A stretch of 64,000 nt of DNA from an uncultured Chloroflexia bacterium (GTDB lineage Bacteria; Chloroflexota; Limnocylindria; Limnocylindrales; CSP1-4). Made by a program: the position numbers and the translations under genes. The notes under the pieces are model-generated. The model had not been told where the DNA came from. It made no database searches and worked only from the letters and a program-made list of their open reading frames with translations. The stretch lies in NCBI GenBank assembly GCA_963698595.1, contig CAVORL010000001.1:49466-113465 (forward strand), written 5' to 3'. Below, in pieces: positions 1 to 9,445 of this stretch. The stretch's first letter is position 1. Every line of letters starts with the position of its first letter.

Positions 1-2
1 TG

Positions 3-1082
3 CTCAGTCTCCGCAGCGGCCATAGCGTCGCCCACGTGATCCGAGGCGACACTCCCACCTTCGTGGGCACATTCCTTGCACTTGTACCGCTCGCCTGGTT
101 GATGAGTCAGGTGTACGTCCTCACGGGCGTCGGGTGGTGGGCAATTCTTCTAGTCATCCTCCCGGTCCATTTGATCCGGTTGTCTCTAGGCCGCTACATC
201 GAGATGCGGCAGATGTTCACCCAGACGGTGGAGAGCCTGGCGGAGGCGGTTGACGCGAGGGACAAGTTCACGGCGGGCCACAGCCGGCGCGTCCAGCAGA
301 TCTCGGTCGACATCGGGCGGGTGCTGCGCCTGTCGGCGGGCGAGCTCGAGGCCCTCGAGTGGGGCGGTCTCCTACATGACATCGGGAAGATCGGCGTCCC
401 CGACGACGTGCTGAACAAGCCCGACAAGCTGACCAAGGACGAGCGCGCGATCATGAACGCGCACCCGGTGATCGGTGCGAACATCATCGCCCCGGTGACG
501 AAGCTGGCGCCGGAGCTGCCGATCATCCGCCACCATCACGAGTGGTACAACGGCTCCGGATATCCGGACCGGCTGATCGGCGACGAGATCCCGAAGCTGG
601 CCCGGATCCTCCACGTAGCCGACGCCTTCGAGGCGATGACCGCTGCCCGGCCGTACAGGATGAAGCCGCTCACGTACGACCAGGCGATGGCCGAGTTGCG
701 CAAGTTCTCGGGGATCCAGTTCGATCCCGTCATGGTCGACGCGTTCGCACGCACACACTGGGCCGAGGGCATCAACGATCCGGATCGCCCCGGGGAGCCA
801 GGGCCGCCGGTTCCCCTCATCGCCCAGGCCGGAGGCCGGATCTCCCGGTCGTCCGCGCCGGCCGGGCCCAGGCCTGCCGGAGCCGGTCAGAGCCGTGGCC
901 GGAGTGCGGCCGCCGTACCTCCCGGCGTGGCGGCGATCGCGCACCCGAGCCCGGGCGGCGTCGCATCGGTCGTACCCTTCCTGGGCTCGACGGTGGGCGG
1001 GACCTCCGCGTCGACTGGAGCCCTCGGGCCCGGCCAGGCGACGTCCCGCGCGACAACCTCGTCCCCCGACGTCGTGTCCTGA
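3..1082 (+). CDS. HD-GYP domain (c-di-GMP phosphodiesterase-type) membrane protein; 5' end probably upstream of the window
   Basis: Track ORF 36..1082, and the frame stays open back to nt 3. Motifs HDIGKIGVPDDVL and HHEWYNGSGYPDRL (HD ... HHExxxGxGYP). Hydrophobic N-terminal segments and a P/A/S-rich tail. Confidence 0.85.
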   Translation, partial: LSLRSGHSVAHVIRGDTPTFVGTFLALVPLAWLMSQVYVLTGVGWWAILLVILPVHLIRLSLGRYIEMRQMFTQTVESLAEAVDARDKFTAGHSRRVQQISVDIGRVLRLSAGELEALEWGGLLHDIGKIGVPDDVLNKPDKLTKDERAIMNAHPVIGANIIAPVTKLAPELPIIRHHHEWYNGSGYPDRLIGDEIPKLARILHVADAFEAMTAARPYRMKPLTYDQAMAELRKFSGIQFDPVMVDAFARTHWAEGINDPDRPGEPGPPVPLIAQAGGRISRSSAPAGPRPAGAGQSRGRSAAAVPPGVAAIAHPSPGGVASVVPFLGSTVGGTSASTGALGPGQATSRATTSSPDVVS

Positions 1083-1094
1083 CTGACTCCCGGG

Positions 1095-3146
1095 ATGCTC
1101 CTTGTCGGGATCGTCGTCGGGCTGATCGCGGGGCTTGCCGCGGGCGGACGACTCGACAACCTCCTTGCGATCCGCCTTCGCTGGACCCTCCTGATCTTCC
1201 TCGCACTCGCCTTCCGCCTGGGCACTGAAGCAGCCCTCGTCCGCGGCATCGCGCCGGCCGATGAGTTGCGGGTGCCTTTGCTGGCCGCCGCATACGGGAT
1301 CCTGATCGTGGCCCTGTGGGTCAATCGGCGGCGGCCGGGAATCAGCCTCGCGCTCGTGGGGACCGGCCTCAATGCCGCAGCGATCCTCGTAAACGGTGGC
1401 TACATGCCGGTGTGGGACCAGGCCCTCGCCGCCGCCAACCTCAGCGCTGTCGACATCCTGTCGCCGATCCACTTCTTGGTCTCCGCGAAGGACCCGATCC
1501 CCTTCCTCCTCGCGGCGGGGCCACTCGGCGACGTCCTGCCCATCCCCTTGCCTTTCATCAGGAACGTGCTGTCGGTCGGCGACGTATTCCTGGCGGGGGG
1601 GCTCGCCTTCTTCGTCTTCGCGAGCCTGCTGCGCGAGCTGCCGGCCGCTCCGGCACCCACCGACGTGCGCACGCGCCCGGCTCCAGCGCCCGGGTTCCCG
1701 GGCGCAGTTGTGACGGTCGCGAGCGCTCCCTATCCCGGGCACCGCGTGCAGCCCGCGACCGGGCTCGCATCGAACATGGCCTCGACGATCGCACTCGACC
1801 GGCCCATCGTCCTGGGCGGCTCGGCGGCCGGGGTCGCGGCCCCCGCGCCGACTGCTTTCCCGAATGCCCCGGGCGGGTATCGTGACGCTCGGCGCAGCGT
1901 CGTCGCGCGCGCCCTGGGGCACCCATACGTCCGCCTCGCCCAGAACGGCTCGTTCGGCGCCCTTTGGGCAGGCCAGCTCGTCAGCCTTTTCGGGGACCGG
2001 CTCCACCAGCTGGCCCTCGTGGCGCTCGTCGGGGAGGCGACGCAGAACGGCGCCTTCGCGGTCGCGATGGTCTTCTTCGCCGCGACGGTCCCCAATCTGT
2101 TCTTCGGACCCCTCGCAGGCGCGTTCGTCGATCGCTGGGACCAGAAGCGCGTGATGATCGCGTCCGATCTGCTCCGCGCCGCCATCGTTCTCCTGATCCC
2201 GGCCGCGGCGACGCTCAACGTCCTGTACATCTACCCGCTCGTCTTCGCCCTCACCACGGTCTCGATCTTCTTCCGGCCGGCGCGGACCGCCGTGATCCCG
2301 CGGATCGTGAAGGAGGACGAGCTGGTCGCCTCCAACTCGGCGATCTGGCTGGGCGATTCCCTTGCCGACGTGCTGGGCTACCCGCTCGCCGCCCTCTTCG
2401 TTGCCTTCCTGGGCAGCTCACTGGCCCTCGCGTTCTGGGTTGATGCGGCGACGTACCTCGCCTCGGCGGCACTCCTCGTCACGATGGTCATCCCGCCGGT
2501 CGCGCGCTCCGTCGCGCAGGCCGCGACGGGCCTGCGCGGCCTGCGCGACGACCTGGTCGCCGGCTGGCGCTTCCTGCGGGGCGAGCCCGTTCTTCTCGTC
2601 AACACGCTGCAGGCGGTCGTCTGCCAGTTCTCGATCGGCGTCACGATCGGGATCATGGCGATCTACGCAACGGATGCGCTGTCCTCGACGGCCGTCGATG
2701 CCAGGGCACGCTACGGATTCATCGAGATGGCGATCGGGATCGGGAACCTGATGGGCGGCTTCATGATCGGGCTGATCGGGGCACGGGTTGCCAAGGGCCG
2801 GATGGTGATCATCGGCTACGTGGTCTACGGCGCCTGCGTCGCCGCGCTCGGTCTCACCGGCAACTTCGGCGCGGCGCTGGCGCTGGCCCTCGGGATGGGT
2901 GTCGCCAACATGGTCTTCGTGATCCCCACCCAGGCCCTGTTCATGGAGCGCACGCCGAACGAGATGCTGGGGAGGGTGATCGCGTTCCGGTTCTCGGCGG
3001 TCTTCGGCTCGATGACGATCGCGATGGCGATCGGCGGGCTCATGAGCGAGGCACTCGGTCCGTCCCTCGTGTTCGGGGTCTTCGGTCTGCTCACGGTGGC
3101 CGCGGGCCTGGCCGGGCTCTTCAGCCGCCCGCTGCGGGACGCGTGA
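1095..3146 (+). CDS. Fusion of a small polytopic DUF5317-like module and an MFS transporter
   Basis: 683-aa ORF. The first ~190 aa are polytopic with the motif NGGYMPVW, which I recall as DUF5317-like. A P/A-rich linker follows, then an MFS body (LWAGQLVSLFGDRLHQLALVALV..., many TM segments). The ATG lies 12 nt after the HD-GYP stop. Confidence 0.75.
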   Translation: MLLVGIVVGLIAGLAAGGRLDNLLAIRLRWTLLIFLALAFRLGTEAALVRGIAPADELRVPLLAAAYGILIVALWVNRRRPGISLALVGTGLNAAAILVNGGYMPVWDQALAAANLSAVDILSPIHFLVSAKDPIPFLLAAGPLGDVLPIPLPFIRNVLSVGDVFLAGGLAFFVFASLLRELPAAPAPTDVRTRPAPAPGFPGAVVTVASAPYPGHRVQPATGLASNMASTIALDRPIVLGGSAAGVAAPAPTAFPNAPGGYRDARRSVVARALGHPYVRLAQNGSFGALWAGQLVSLFGDRLHQLALVALVGEATQNGAFAVAMVFFAATVPNLFFGPLAGAFVDRWDQKRVMIASDLLRAAIVLLIPAAATLNVLYIYPLVFALTTVSIFFRPARTAVIPRIVKEDELVASNSAIWLGDSLADVLGYPLAALFVAFLGSSLALAFWVDAATYLASAALLVTMVIPPVARSVAQAATGLRGLRDDLVAGWRFLRGEPVLLVNTLQAVVCQFSIGVTIGIMAIYATDALSSTAVDARARYGFIEMAIGIGNLMGGFMIGLIGARVAKGRMVIIGYVVYGACVAALGLTGNFGAALALALGMGVANMVFVIPTQALFMERTPNEMLGRVIAFRFSAVFGSMTIAMAIGGLMSEALGPSLVFGVFGLLTVAAGLAGLFSRPLRDA

Positions 3147-3347
3147 CGCGCCTCTGGGCGGCGGTGGCGGGTCCGAGTCCAAGATCGCGCCCGATAGGTC
3201 GGGCGTGCGTGCGGGCCTGCGGCCGCGACATCAACGGACGGCACCGCCGACCCTCCGGTACACTCGCCGGCGGAGCGCGCACGCGAGCCACCGGGCCCCG
3301 CGCGCTCGGCGCCGCCCGCCGCGGCAACAGGGAGTGACGACGCAACG

Positions 3348-4028
3348 ATGACCGAGCGGGAAGGGCGCGCCCCCGAGGAAGCGAACGAGCCGGGCGACGA
3401 TGCGGCCGACCGGCCGGGCGGGGAGATGACCGACGAAGCCGGGACGGGTTCGCCCGGGGCCGGGTCGACCGGCGGCGAGGAGCACGGCGACACGTCCGAC
3501 CAGGAGACGTCGGACGAGGAGGGCGCCGAGACCACGGGCGAGGACGACGGCGACGAGAGCCCAACCGAGGTCGTGGCGGCCGCGGCCCCGCTTGCCGACA
3601 AGGCCGGGGTCGGGCGGCTCGGACGTCGCGGACCCGCCACTCCGGAGCACGTCCCGACCGCGTCCGAGAAAGCCGTCCACATCGACGACCGGATCTCGAA
3701 GGTCTTCGTCGCAGGGATCGCGGTCGTCTTCGGCCTGATCTTCCTGTACGCCCTCCTGCTGGGTCGCGGCGGCCTCCTGGCGCCGAAGCGGACCCCGGCG
3801 CCACTCCCAAGCGCCACGCCCGCGGCGTCGTTCAGCCCGGCCCCCTCCGGCTCCGCGGGACCGTCGCTGTCACCCGCACCGAGCGAGTCCGCGGTGCCGA
3901 GCGCTACACAGGAGCCGAGCGCGAGCGCGGCACCGACCGCGTCTGCGGCTCCCAGCGAGACGCCCCCCGCGACGGGCACGCCGGGCGCGAGCCCAACCCC
4001 CCAGCCGAGCGCAACCCCAGCCCCGTAG
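3348..4028 (+). CDS. Hypothetical single-pass membrane protein with an acidic N-terminus and a Pro/Ser/Ala/Thr-rich tail
   Basis: 226-aa ORF with AGGGAG upstream of the ATG. It has a D/E-rich N-terminus, one TM segment (VFVAGIAVVFGLIFLYALLLG) and a low-complexity tail (PSATPAASFSPAPSGS...). I recognise no homology. Confidence 0.55.
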   Translation: MTEREGRAPEEANEPGDDAADRPGGEMTDEAGTGSPGAGSTGGEEHGDTSDQETSDEEGAETTGEDDGDESPTEVVAAAAPLADKAGVGRLGRRGPATPEHVPTASEKAVHIDDRISKVFVAGIAVVFGLIFLYALLLGRGGLLAPKRTPAPLPSATPAASFSPAPSGSAGPSLSPAPSESAVPSATQEPSASAAPTASAAPSETPPATGTPGASPTPQPSATPAP

Positions 4029-4094
4029 CCAGCCTGGGGCAGCGGCAACGCCGCGCCAGTTCGGGCGGCGGGACGCCGGGCGTATCCTGCAGGC

Positions 4095-4799
4095 GTGGGC
4101 CCGCGCGACGATGATCCAGCCACGGGCGACGGCCTCCGCCCTCCCGTCGGTGACGGCGATCCCTTCGCGGCTGCCCGAATCGCGATGGTCGAATCGCAGC
4201 TGCGCGCGCGCGGCGTGCGCGATCCGCGCGTCCTTGCCGCGATGGCGGCCGTTCCCCGCGAGGCGTTCGTCCCGGGTGGCCTGGGCGAGCTGGCATATGC
4301 TGATGAGGCCCTGCCCATCGAGCACGGCCAGACCATCAGCCAGCCGCTCATGGTGGCCCAGATGACCGAGCTCCTCGACACGGGCCCCGGCGATCGCATC
4401 CTCGACATCGGCACCGGGTCCGGCTACCAGGCGGCGGTCCTGGCGGCGATGGGCTGCGACGTCCTCGGGATCGAGCGGATCGCCGAGCTCGCGGCGGACG
4501 CCCGCGTGCGCCTCGCGGCTCTCGGCTATGGGGAGGCCGTCGAGATCCGCGTCGGCGACGGCAGCCTGGGGGCGCCCATGGACGGCCCTTGGTGGCGCAT
4601 CGTCGTGGCGGCGGCAGCACCGGCCGTCCCGGAGGCGCTCACGGCTCAGCTTGCCGACGGGGGCAGGCTGGTGATCCCCGTCGGCCGGCGCTGGGAGCAG
4701 GACCTCGTGCTCGTCGAGCGGCACGGCCCGCGCCTGCGGACGACGAGCCACGGCGCGTGCGTCTTCGTTCCGCTGGTCGGGGCGGGCGGCTTCGCCTGA
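4095..4799 (+). CDS. pcm: Protein-L-isoaspartate O-methyltransferase
   Basis: Motifs QTISQPLMVAQMTELLD and ILDIGTGSGYQAAVLA (SAM-binding), typical of the Pcm family. GTG start with TATCCT 6 nt upstream. Confidence 0.9.
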   Translation: MGPRDDDPATGDGLRPPVGDGDPFAAARIAMVESQLRARGVRDPRVLAAMAAVPREAFVPGGLGELAYADEALPIEHGQTISQPLMVAQMTELLDTGPGDRILDIGTGSGYQAAVLAAMGCDVLGIERIAELAADARVRLAALGYGEAVEIRVGDGSLGAPMDGPWWRIVVAAAAPAVPEALTAQLADGGRLVIPVGRRWEQDLVLVERHGPRLRTTSHGACVFVPLVGAGGFA

Positions 4800-4848
4800 C
4801 ATCCGGGGCGGCCTCCGACGCCGGTCCGGTGGGTAGACTCGCCAGGCC

Positions 4849-5793
4849 ATGACGCACGTCTTCGTCGCCCCGCACCCGGACGACGCCGCACTGTCCTGCG
4901 GCGGGCTCATCGCGAGCCTGCGCGCGACGGACCAGGACGTCACCATCCTGACCGTCTTCTCCGGGAGTGGAGCGGACGTCAGCCTGACCCCGTACCAGCG
5001 CGAGGCGCTCGGGTTCGGGAGCAAGGCGGAGTGGCGGGCGGCGGAGGCCCTCAACCGGGGGGGCGTCCGGGCCGACGGCCCGCTCGACGCGGGGTGCGAG
5101 CCGCTCATGGATGACGTGCCCCGGCGGGAAGCGGTACCCCGGGCCGAGCTCGACGAGGCGAGGCTCGCGGGCGACCTGATGGCCACCAGGCGTCTGGAAG
5201 ATGAGCGCTACGCTCACTTCTCAGGGGCCTCGATCGTCTTCCTCGACCTTCCGGACGCCGTCTTCCGGGGCTACGAGGGCGACGAGCAGCTGCTGGCGGC
5301 GCCGCGCGCGGACGATCGCGCCCCGGTCGACCTCCTGGTGCAGGAGATCACGAGGCTCGAGCCCCAGAAGCTCTACCTGCCGCTCGGCATCGGTGACCAC
5401 GTCGACCACCAGCTCACGCGCACGGTTGGCGTGACGCTCCTCCAGCCGCGCCGTCGACGGCTGATGCCCGGCCCGGAGTACGCCGGGAGCATCGCCTACT
5501 ACGAGGACTTCCCCTACGCATGGTGGAGCGACTTCCGCGGCCTCGGGGACCTCCCGGCGGGTGCGTTCGATGGCCTCCCGCCCGACGTGGGCCTGACGCC
5601 CGAGTACGCCGACATCACCGACGTCGTGGAGCGCAAGGTCCTGGGCCTCGGACTCTACGGGAGCCAGATGGACCGGCTCTTCGGTGGCAGGGACCTGATG
5701 GGCGATGCGGTCCGCGGCTACGGCACGAAGGTCGCGAGCCTGGGCGGTCAGCCGGGGTTCGCGGAGCGCTACTGGGCCTCCTCGAGGCTCTGA
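4849..5793 (+). CDS. PIG-L/LmbE family deacetylase
   Basis: N-terminal VFVAPHPDDAALSCGGLIA (PIG-L signature) and a later HxDH motif (GDHVDHQ). TAGACT lies 9 nt upstream of the ATG. Confidence 0.85.
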   Translation: MTHVFVAPHPDDAALSCGGLIASLRATDQDVTILTVFSGSGADVSLTPYQREALGFGSKAEWRAAEALNRGGVRADGPLDAGCEPLMDDVPRREAVPRAELDEARLAGDLMATRRLEDERYAHFSGASIVFLDLPDAVFRGYEGDEQLLAAPRADDRAPVDLLVQEITRLEPQKLYLPLGIGDHVDHQLTRTVGVTLLQPRRRRLMPGPEYAGSIAYYEDFPYAWWSDFRGLGDLPAGAFDGLPPDVGLTPEYADITDVVERKVLGLGLYGSQMDRLFGGRDLMGDAVRGYGTKVASLGGQPGFAERYWASSRL

Positions 5794-5851
5794 GACGCGA
5801 GGCCGACGGCCGCCGCTCGAACGGCGCCCGAAGCCGCCTTGGTCCGCCGGG

Positions 5852-7303
5852 TCAGTCCGCCGGCAGGAACAGCAGGCCGTCAGCGTCCTCGTACGCGAGG
5901 CGCCAACCCGAGCCGGTCGTGCGGAGCGTCAGGCCCAGCGCAGATTGCGTCGCCGGATCGACGACCACGACCGAGGCGCGAATCCGGCCGAGCGTCGCCA
6001 TCGACTCGTCGCCACCGCCCACGATCGACGCGTAGTCGGTCCAGGCCGACGCCGGGACTACCTCGACCCGCGAATCGACCATCACCGGCACGCTCGGTGC
6101 CGACCACTCGAACCAGGACGCCCAGGGCTGGGGGACCACCGCCCGATCCGACGGGCCGGCCACGCGCGCGAGCGCCTTCGCGAGGCCAACTGGCGCGTCG
6201 CGGAGGACGCCCTCGGGTCCGCCGGGTGGATCTCCACCGCGCCAGATCGGCTGGACCGCGACCACGGTGACCGCCAGGACGGCCACGATCGCGATGTTCA
6301 GGCGACGCAGGAGTCGGGGCTCGGGGCGGGGCAATCCCGGGTCGGGCAGGAGCGCCGCGACGGGCGGCGCCAGCGCGATCGGGGCGCCGAACGCCCACCA
6401 GGCGACGCCTCGCTCCGCGTAGGCGCCGAGGAGCGCGAGACCGGCCAGCCAGGCGAGCGCCGGCCAGGACGGCAGCAGGTACCGCCCGCGCGCCAGCCAG
6501 GCCAGCGCTGCGGCCCCGGCGACCGACGCGTAGAAGACGGCGCCGGTAGGTGACAGGGGCGACGTTCGTTGCCATTCCGTGATGAAGCGCGTGACCTCGC
6601 CGTTCGTTGCGATGCCCAGGGCATAGCCCCAGACCGACGGCCCGTAGGGCGTGACACACGACGCGGCGAGCGAGAGGGCGAGCACCGCCAGCAGGCGCCC
6701 GACGACCTGGCGTCGCACGAGAAGGTCGGCGGCGAGGGCCACGGCGACCGCCGCGGGGCCCAGGAAGAAGCTCCCGTGGAGGTTCGCCCAGGCGAGGACG
6801 AGGAGCGGCACGAGCCAGACCAGGCGCGGCCGCCGGTCGCGCCAGGCGAGGATCGCGAGGACGCCGGCGAACAGGACAATCCCGAACAGCTGGGCACGGA
6901 GACCAAGCGAGGCAATCCCGACGACAAGGCCGACGAGGGCGAGAAGGGCTGCCTTGCGGGCGGCGAGCCAGCGCATCGCGCCGATCGTCACGAGGCCGAC
7001 CGCAGCTGCCACGAGCATGACCCGCAGCACGACCAGCCCGCCCCAGCCGGTGACTCCATGGACGAGGGCGAGCACAACCCCGGCGCCCCATTGCTGGTTG
7101 AGCCACGGCTCGCCGAACGCGGTGAACGTGAACGGGTCCTCGCGGACGATGGCGAGGGAACCGAGCATCAGCTCGCCCACCCGGACCTGGTACGCGAGGT
7201 CGACCGCGGACATGGGCGCGATCGTGGCCGCCAGGGCAGGCAGCAGGATCGCCAGGGCGATCCAAAGCCTCTGGCGGCCAAGCCCTCCCCCGACATGCTT
7301 CAC
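5852..7303 (-). CDS. Polytopic membrane protein, putative GT-C-type glycosyltransferase with a C-terminal extracytoplasmic domain
   Basis: Track ORF 5852..7345. It has ~10 hydrophobic segments followed by a ~130-aa soluble tail. I prefer the GTG at 7303 because TACGAT lies 6 nt upstream. The family assignment is inferred from architecture and context only. Confidence 0.55.
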   Translation of the reverse strand: MKHVGGGLGRQRLWIALAILLPALAATIAPMSAVDLAYQVRVGELMLGSLAIVREDPFTFTAFGEPWLNQQWGAGVVLALVHGVTGWGGLVVLRVMLVAAAVGLVTIGAMRWLAARKAALLALVGLVVGIASLGLRAQLFGIVLFAGVLAILAWRDRRPRLVWLVPLLVLAWANLHGSFFLGPAAVAVALAADLLVRRQVVGRLLAVLALSLAASCVTPYGPSVWGYALGIATNGEVTRFITEWQRTSPLSPTGAVFYASVAGAAALAWLARGRYLLPSWPALAWLAGLALLGAYAERGVAWWAFGAPIALAPPVAALLPDPGLPRPEPRLLRRLNIAIVAVLAVTVVAVQPIWRGGDPPGGPEGVLRDAPVGLAKALARVAGPSDRAVVPQPWASWFEWSAPSVPVMVDSRVEVVPASAWTDYASIVGGGDESMATLGRIRASVVVVDPATQSALGLTLRTTGSGWRLAYEDADGLLFLPAD

Positions 7304-7309
7304 GGGTGG

Positions 7310-7315
7310 ATCGTA
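7310..7315 (-). promoter_or_regulatory. -10-like box TACGAT, 6 nt upstream of GTG 7303 (leaderless-type start)
   Basis: The minus strand reads ctcTACGATccacccGTG. There is no Shine-Dalgarno sequence. Confidence 0.4.
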
Positions 7316-7344
7316 GAGCCTGGGAGGACGCGCGAGCACCCCCA

Positions 7345-8736
7345 ATGGTCAGGGTGCGAGCCGCACGCGCGTGTGCGACGATCGAGGCCGTGTTGGTCGA
7401 ACGCGCGCCCACCAACCCCGTGAAGCGCCGGCGCTGGACGTCGCTCCAGATCCTCGGTCTCGGCATCGGGTTGCTCGCAGCGGCGGCGCTGCGGCTCGTG
7501 CTGCTGCCGACCGTCGGGCTGCGCGACGACACCGACCAGTTCGCGGGATGGGTCCACCGGTTGGCCACGGACCTCCCGCTCGGTCAGGCCTATCGCCTCG
7601 ACCTGACCTTCGGTCCGGTCATGACCTACCTGTTCTGGCTGATGGGGCTCCTCCAGCCTGCCTTCCAGTCCGCAACGGATGCCTCGGATCCCGCGGTCCG
7701 GGCGGTCATCAAGCTCCCGGCCAGCGCCGCCGACCTGGGGATCGCCGTGGCGGTCCTGTGGGTCCTCCGCAGCCGGCCTCGGGTCGCGACCCTTGCGGCG
7801 CTGGCGATGGCGATGGTCCCGGTCGCGTGGTTCGTCAGCGCCTGGTGGGGCCAGTTCGAGGCGATCTACGCTCTGTTCGGGCTCCTGGCCGCCGCGGCTG
7901 CGATCTCGGGACGTCCACTCCTCGCCGGGGTGGCGCTCGGGCTGGCCGTGTCCACGAAGCCGCAGGCGCTCCCGTTCCTGCTGCCCCTGGGGGCGTGGCT
8001 GGTGGGCCGGTTCGGGTGGCGGGCCCTGGCCCGGGCGGCATTCGGGGCGCTGGTGGCGTTCGCCCTGGCGTGGCTGCCCTTCATCGTCGACGGAGGACCC
8101 GCCGCATACCTCCGCAACATCGCCTCATACCAGGACGCTGACTTCGCCGTCATGTCGCTGCGCGCGTGGAACCCATGGTGGATCCTCCAGTCGTCCGCGG
8201 CCGGCGACGCCTTCCTCCCGGACACGGCACCGCTCCTGGGCCCACTCTCCGCCCGGATGATCGGGTATGGGCTCGCGGCGGTCCTGAGCGCGGGCGTCGC
8301 GGCCCTCGTGCTGCGGGCACGGACACCTCGTGGCCTTCTGCTCGGCGCCGCCGCCGGCGTGCTCGTCGCCTTCCTGGCCCTCACGACGATGCACGAACGG
8401 TACTCGTGGGCTGCCATCGCGTTCCTCGCGCCACTCCTCGCCGACAGGCGCGCAGCCGCGCTGTGGGCCGTCCTCGTCCTCGCGACCTTCGCGAACTACC
8501 TCGCGGCCATCCCGATCGTCCCGGGCAACCCACCGATCCTCCCGATCGACGGTCCCCTGGGAATCGTGGGCTCGGCGGCGATCACCGGCGTCGGGATCGC
8601 CGTGATCGGCCTGCTCGTCGAAGAGGCAATCAGCGCCCGGCGAGTCAGCGCGGGGCGCGCCGCGCCCGACCGAGGCGCCCCCGGAACGCCGCCGAGTACC
8701 AGCGCAGGTAGTGAGGCAGCCACTTCCGCAACCTGA
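7345..8736 (+). CDS. Polytopic GT-C superfamily membrane glycosyltransferase (family unassigned)
   Basis: Track ORF 7306..8736. It has many TM segments, an early acidic loop (LRDDTDQFAGWVHRL) and the motif STKPQALPFLLPLG. The start is ambiguous (ATG 7345, GTG 7390 or GTG 7420). The 3' end overlaps the convergent GT2 gene. Confidence 0.6.
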   Translation: MVRVRAARACATIEAVLVERAPTNPVKRRRWTSLQILGLGIGLLAAAALRLVLLPTVGLRDDTDQFAGWVHRLATDLPLGQAYRLDLTFGPVMTYLFWLMGLLQPAFQSATDASDPAVRAVIKLPASAADLGIAVAVLWVLRSRPRVATLAALAMAMVPVAWFVSAWWGQFEAIYALFGLLAAAAAISGRPLLAGVALGLAVSTKPQALPFLLPLGAWLVGRFGWRALARAAFGALVAFALAWLPFIVDGGPAAYLRNIASYQDADFAVMSLRAWNPWWILQSSAAGDAFLPDTAPLLGPLSARMIGYGLAAVLSAGVAALVLRARTPRGLLLGAAAGVLVAFLALTTMHERYSWAAIAFLAPLLADRRAAALWAVLVLATFANYLAAIPIVPGNPPILPIDGPLGIVGSAAITGVGIAVIGLLVEEAISARRVSAGRAAPDRGAPGTPPSTSAGSEAATSAT

Positions 8737-9445
8737 ACCGGCTCTCCCCGTCCGTGCGGTCGCGCCAGGTGGTGGGGAGCTCGGCCAGCTGGCGACCCTG
8801 GAGGGTGGCCTTGACCGACAGCTCGATCGCCAGCTCGAAGCCGGCCTCGCTCTCGATCGTCGTCGCGTCGAGGAAGCGCTTCGAGTAGAGCTTGAAGTTG
8901 TTCGTGGCGTCGTGGATGGGGACGCCGGCGAACCAGTGGAGCGACAGGCCGGCCGCCCGCGACAGGAACCGCTTCAGGCGAGGTCCGCCGACCTGGCGGC
9001 CGCCGCGCATGTAGCGGCTGCCGGCCACGACGTCGGCACCGCCCCGGGCGAGGGACACCATCGCGTCGACGTCCTCGTACTCGTCGGAGCCGTCGGCCAT
9101 CGTGACGAGGACGTAGGGCGCGCCCGCCGCGGCCATCCCCGATTTCATCGCGTTGAGCACACCCGGGCCAAGCGTGTTGTGGTGGGCGCGGAGACCCAGG
9201 ATCGCCGCGCCGAGGCGCTCCACGACGGGGACGGTCGTGTCCTCCGGCGTGTCATGGACGACGAGCAGCTCGAACGGCGTCTGCACGGCCGCGGCGAACG
9301 CGCGGATCGTGGGCACCACTCGCTCGCCCTCGTTCCAGACCGGCATCACCACGCTGAGCTCGGGGGCGGCGCGAGTCGGCGCGGGCACCGCTGGACCGTC
9401 CACGCCGGTCAGATCGCCCCGGCCGCGTCCTCGGCGCGGATCCAC
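8645..9445 (-). CDS. GT2 family glycosyltransferase (polyprenyl-phosphate sugar synthase-like: DPM1/ArnC type)
   Basis: Motifs LSVVMPVWNEGERV and MADGSDEYEDVD (a DxD-type region) in a ~250-aa soluble GT-A. An alternative GTG start at 9403 would remove the overlap with the upstream gene. Confidence 0.8.
   Translation of the reverse strand: MDPRRGRGRGDLTGVDGPAVPAPTRAAPELSVVMPVWNEGERVVPTIRAFAAAVQTPFELLVVHDTPEDTTVPVVERLGAAILGLRAHHNTLGPGVLNAMKSGMAAAGAPYVLVTMADGSDEYEDVDAMVSLARGGADVVAGSRYMRGGRQVGGPRLKRFLSRAAGLSLHWFAGVPIHDATNNFKLYSKRFLDATTIESEAGFELAIELSVKATLQGRQLAELPTTWRDRTDGESRFRLRKWLPHYLRWYSAAFRGRLGRARRAPR

Noticed and set aside
372-2006. Very long antisense or alternative-frame ORFs in the track. 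Examples are 372..2006(-), 2825..4414(-), 5880..7568(-), 21632..23959(-), 32943..34811(-), 35814..37886(-), 38421..40217(-), 47359..49542(+) and 56899..58641(+).
   Set aside because: Their translations are dominated by Arg/Pro/Gly/Ala, as expected for off-frame reading of very GC-rich DNA. They overlap genes with clear family motifs and carry no recognisable domains.
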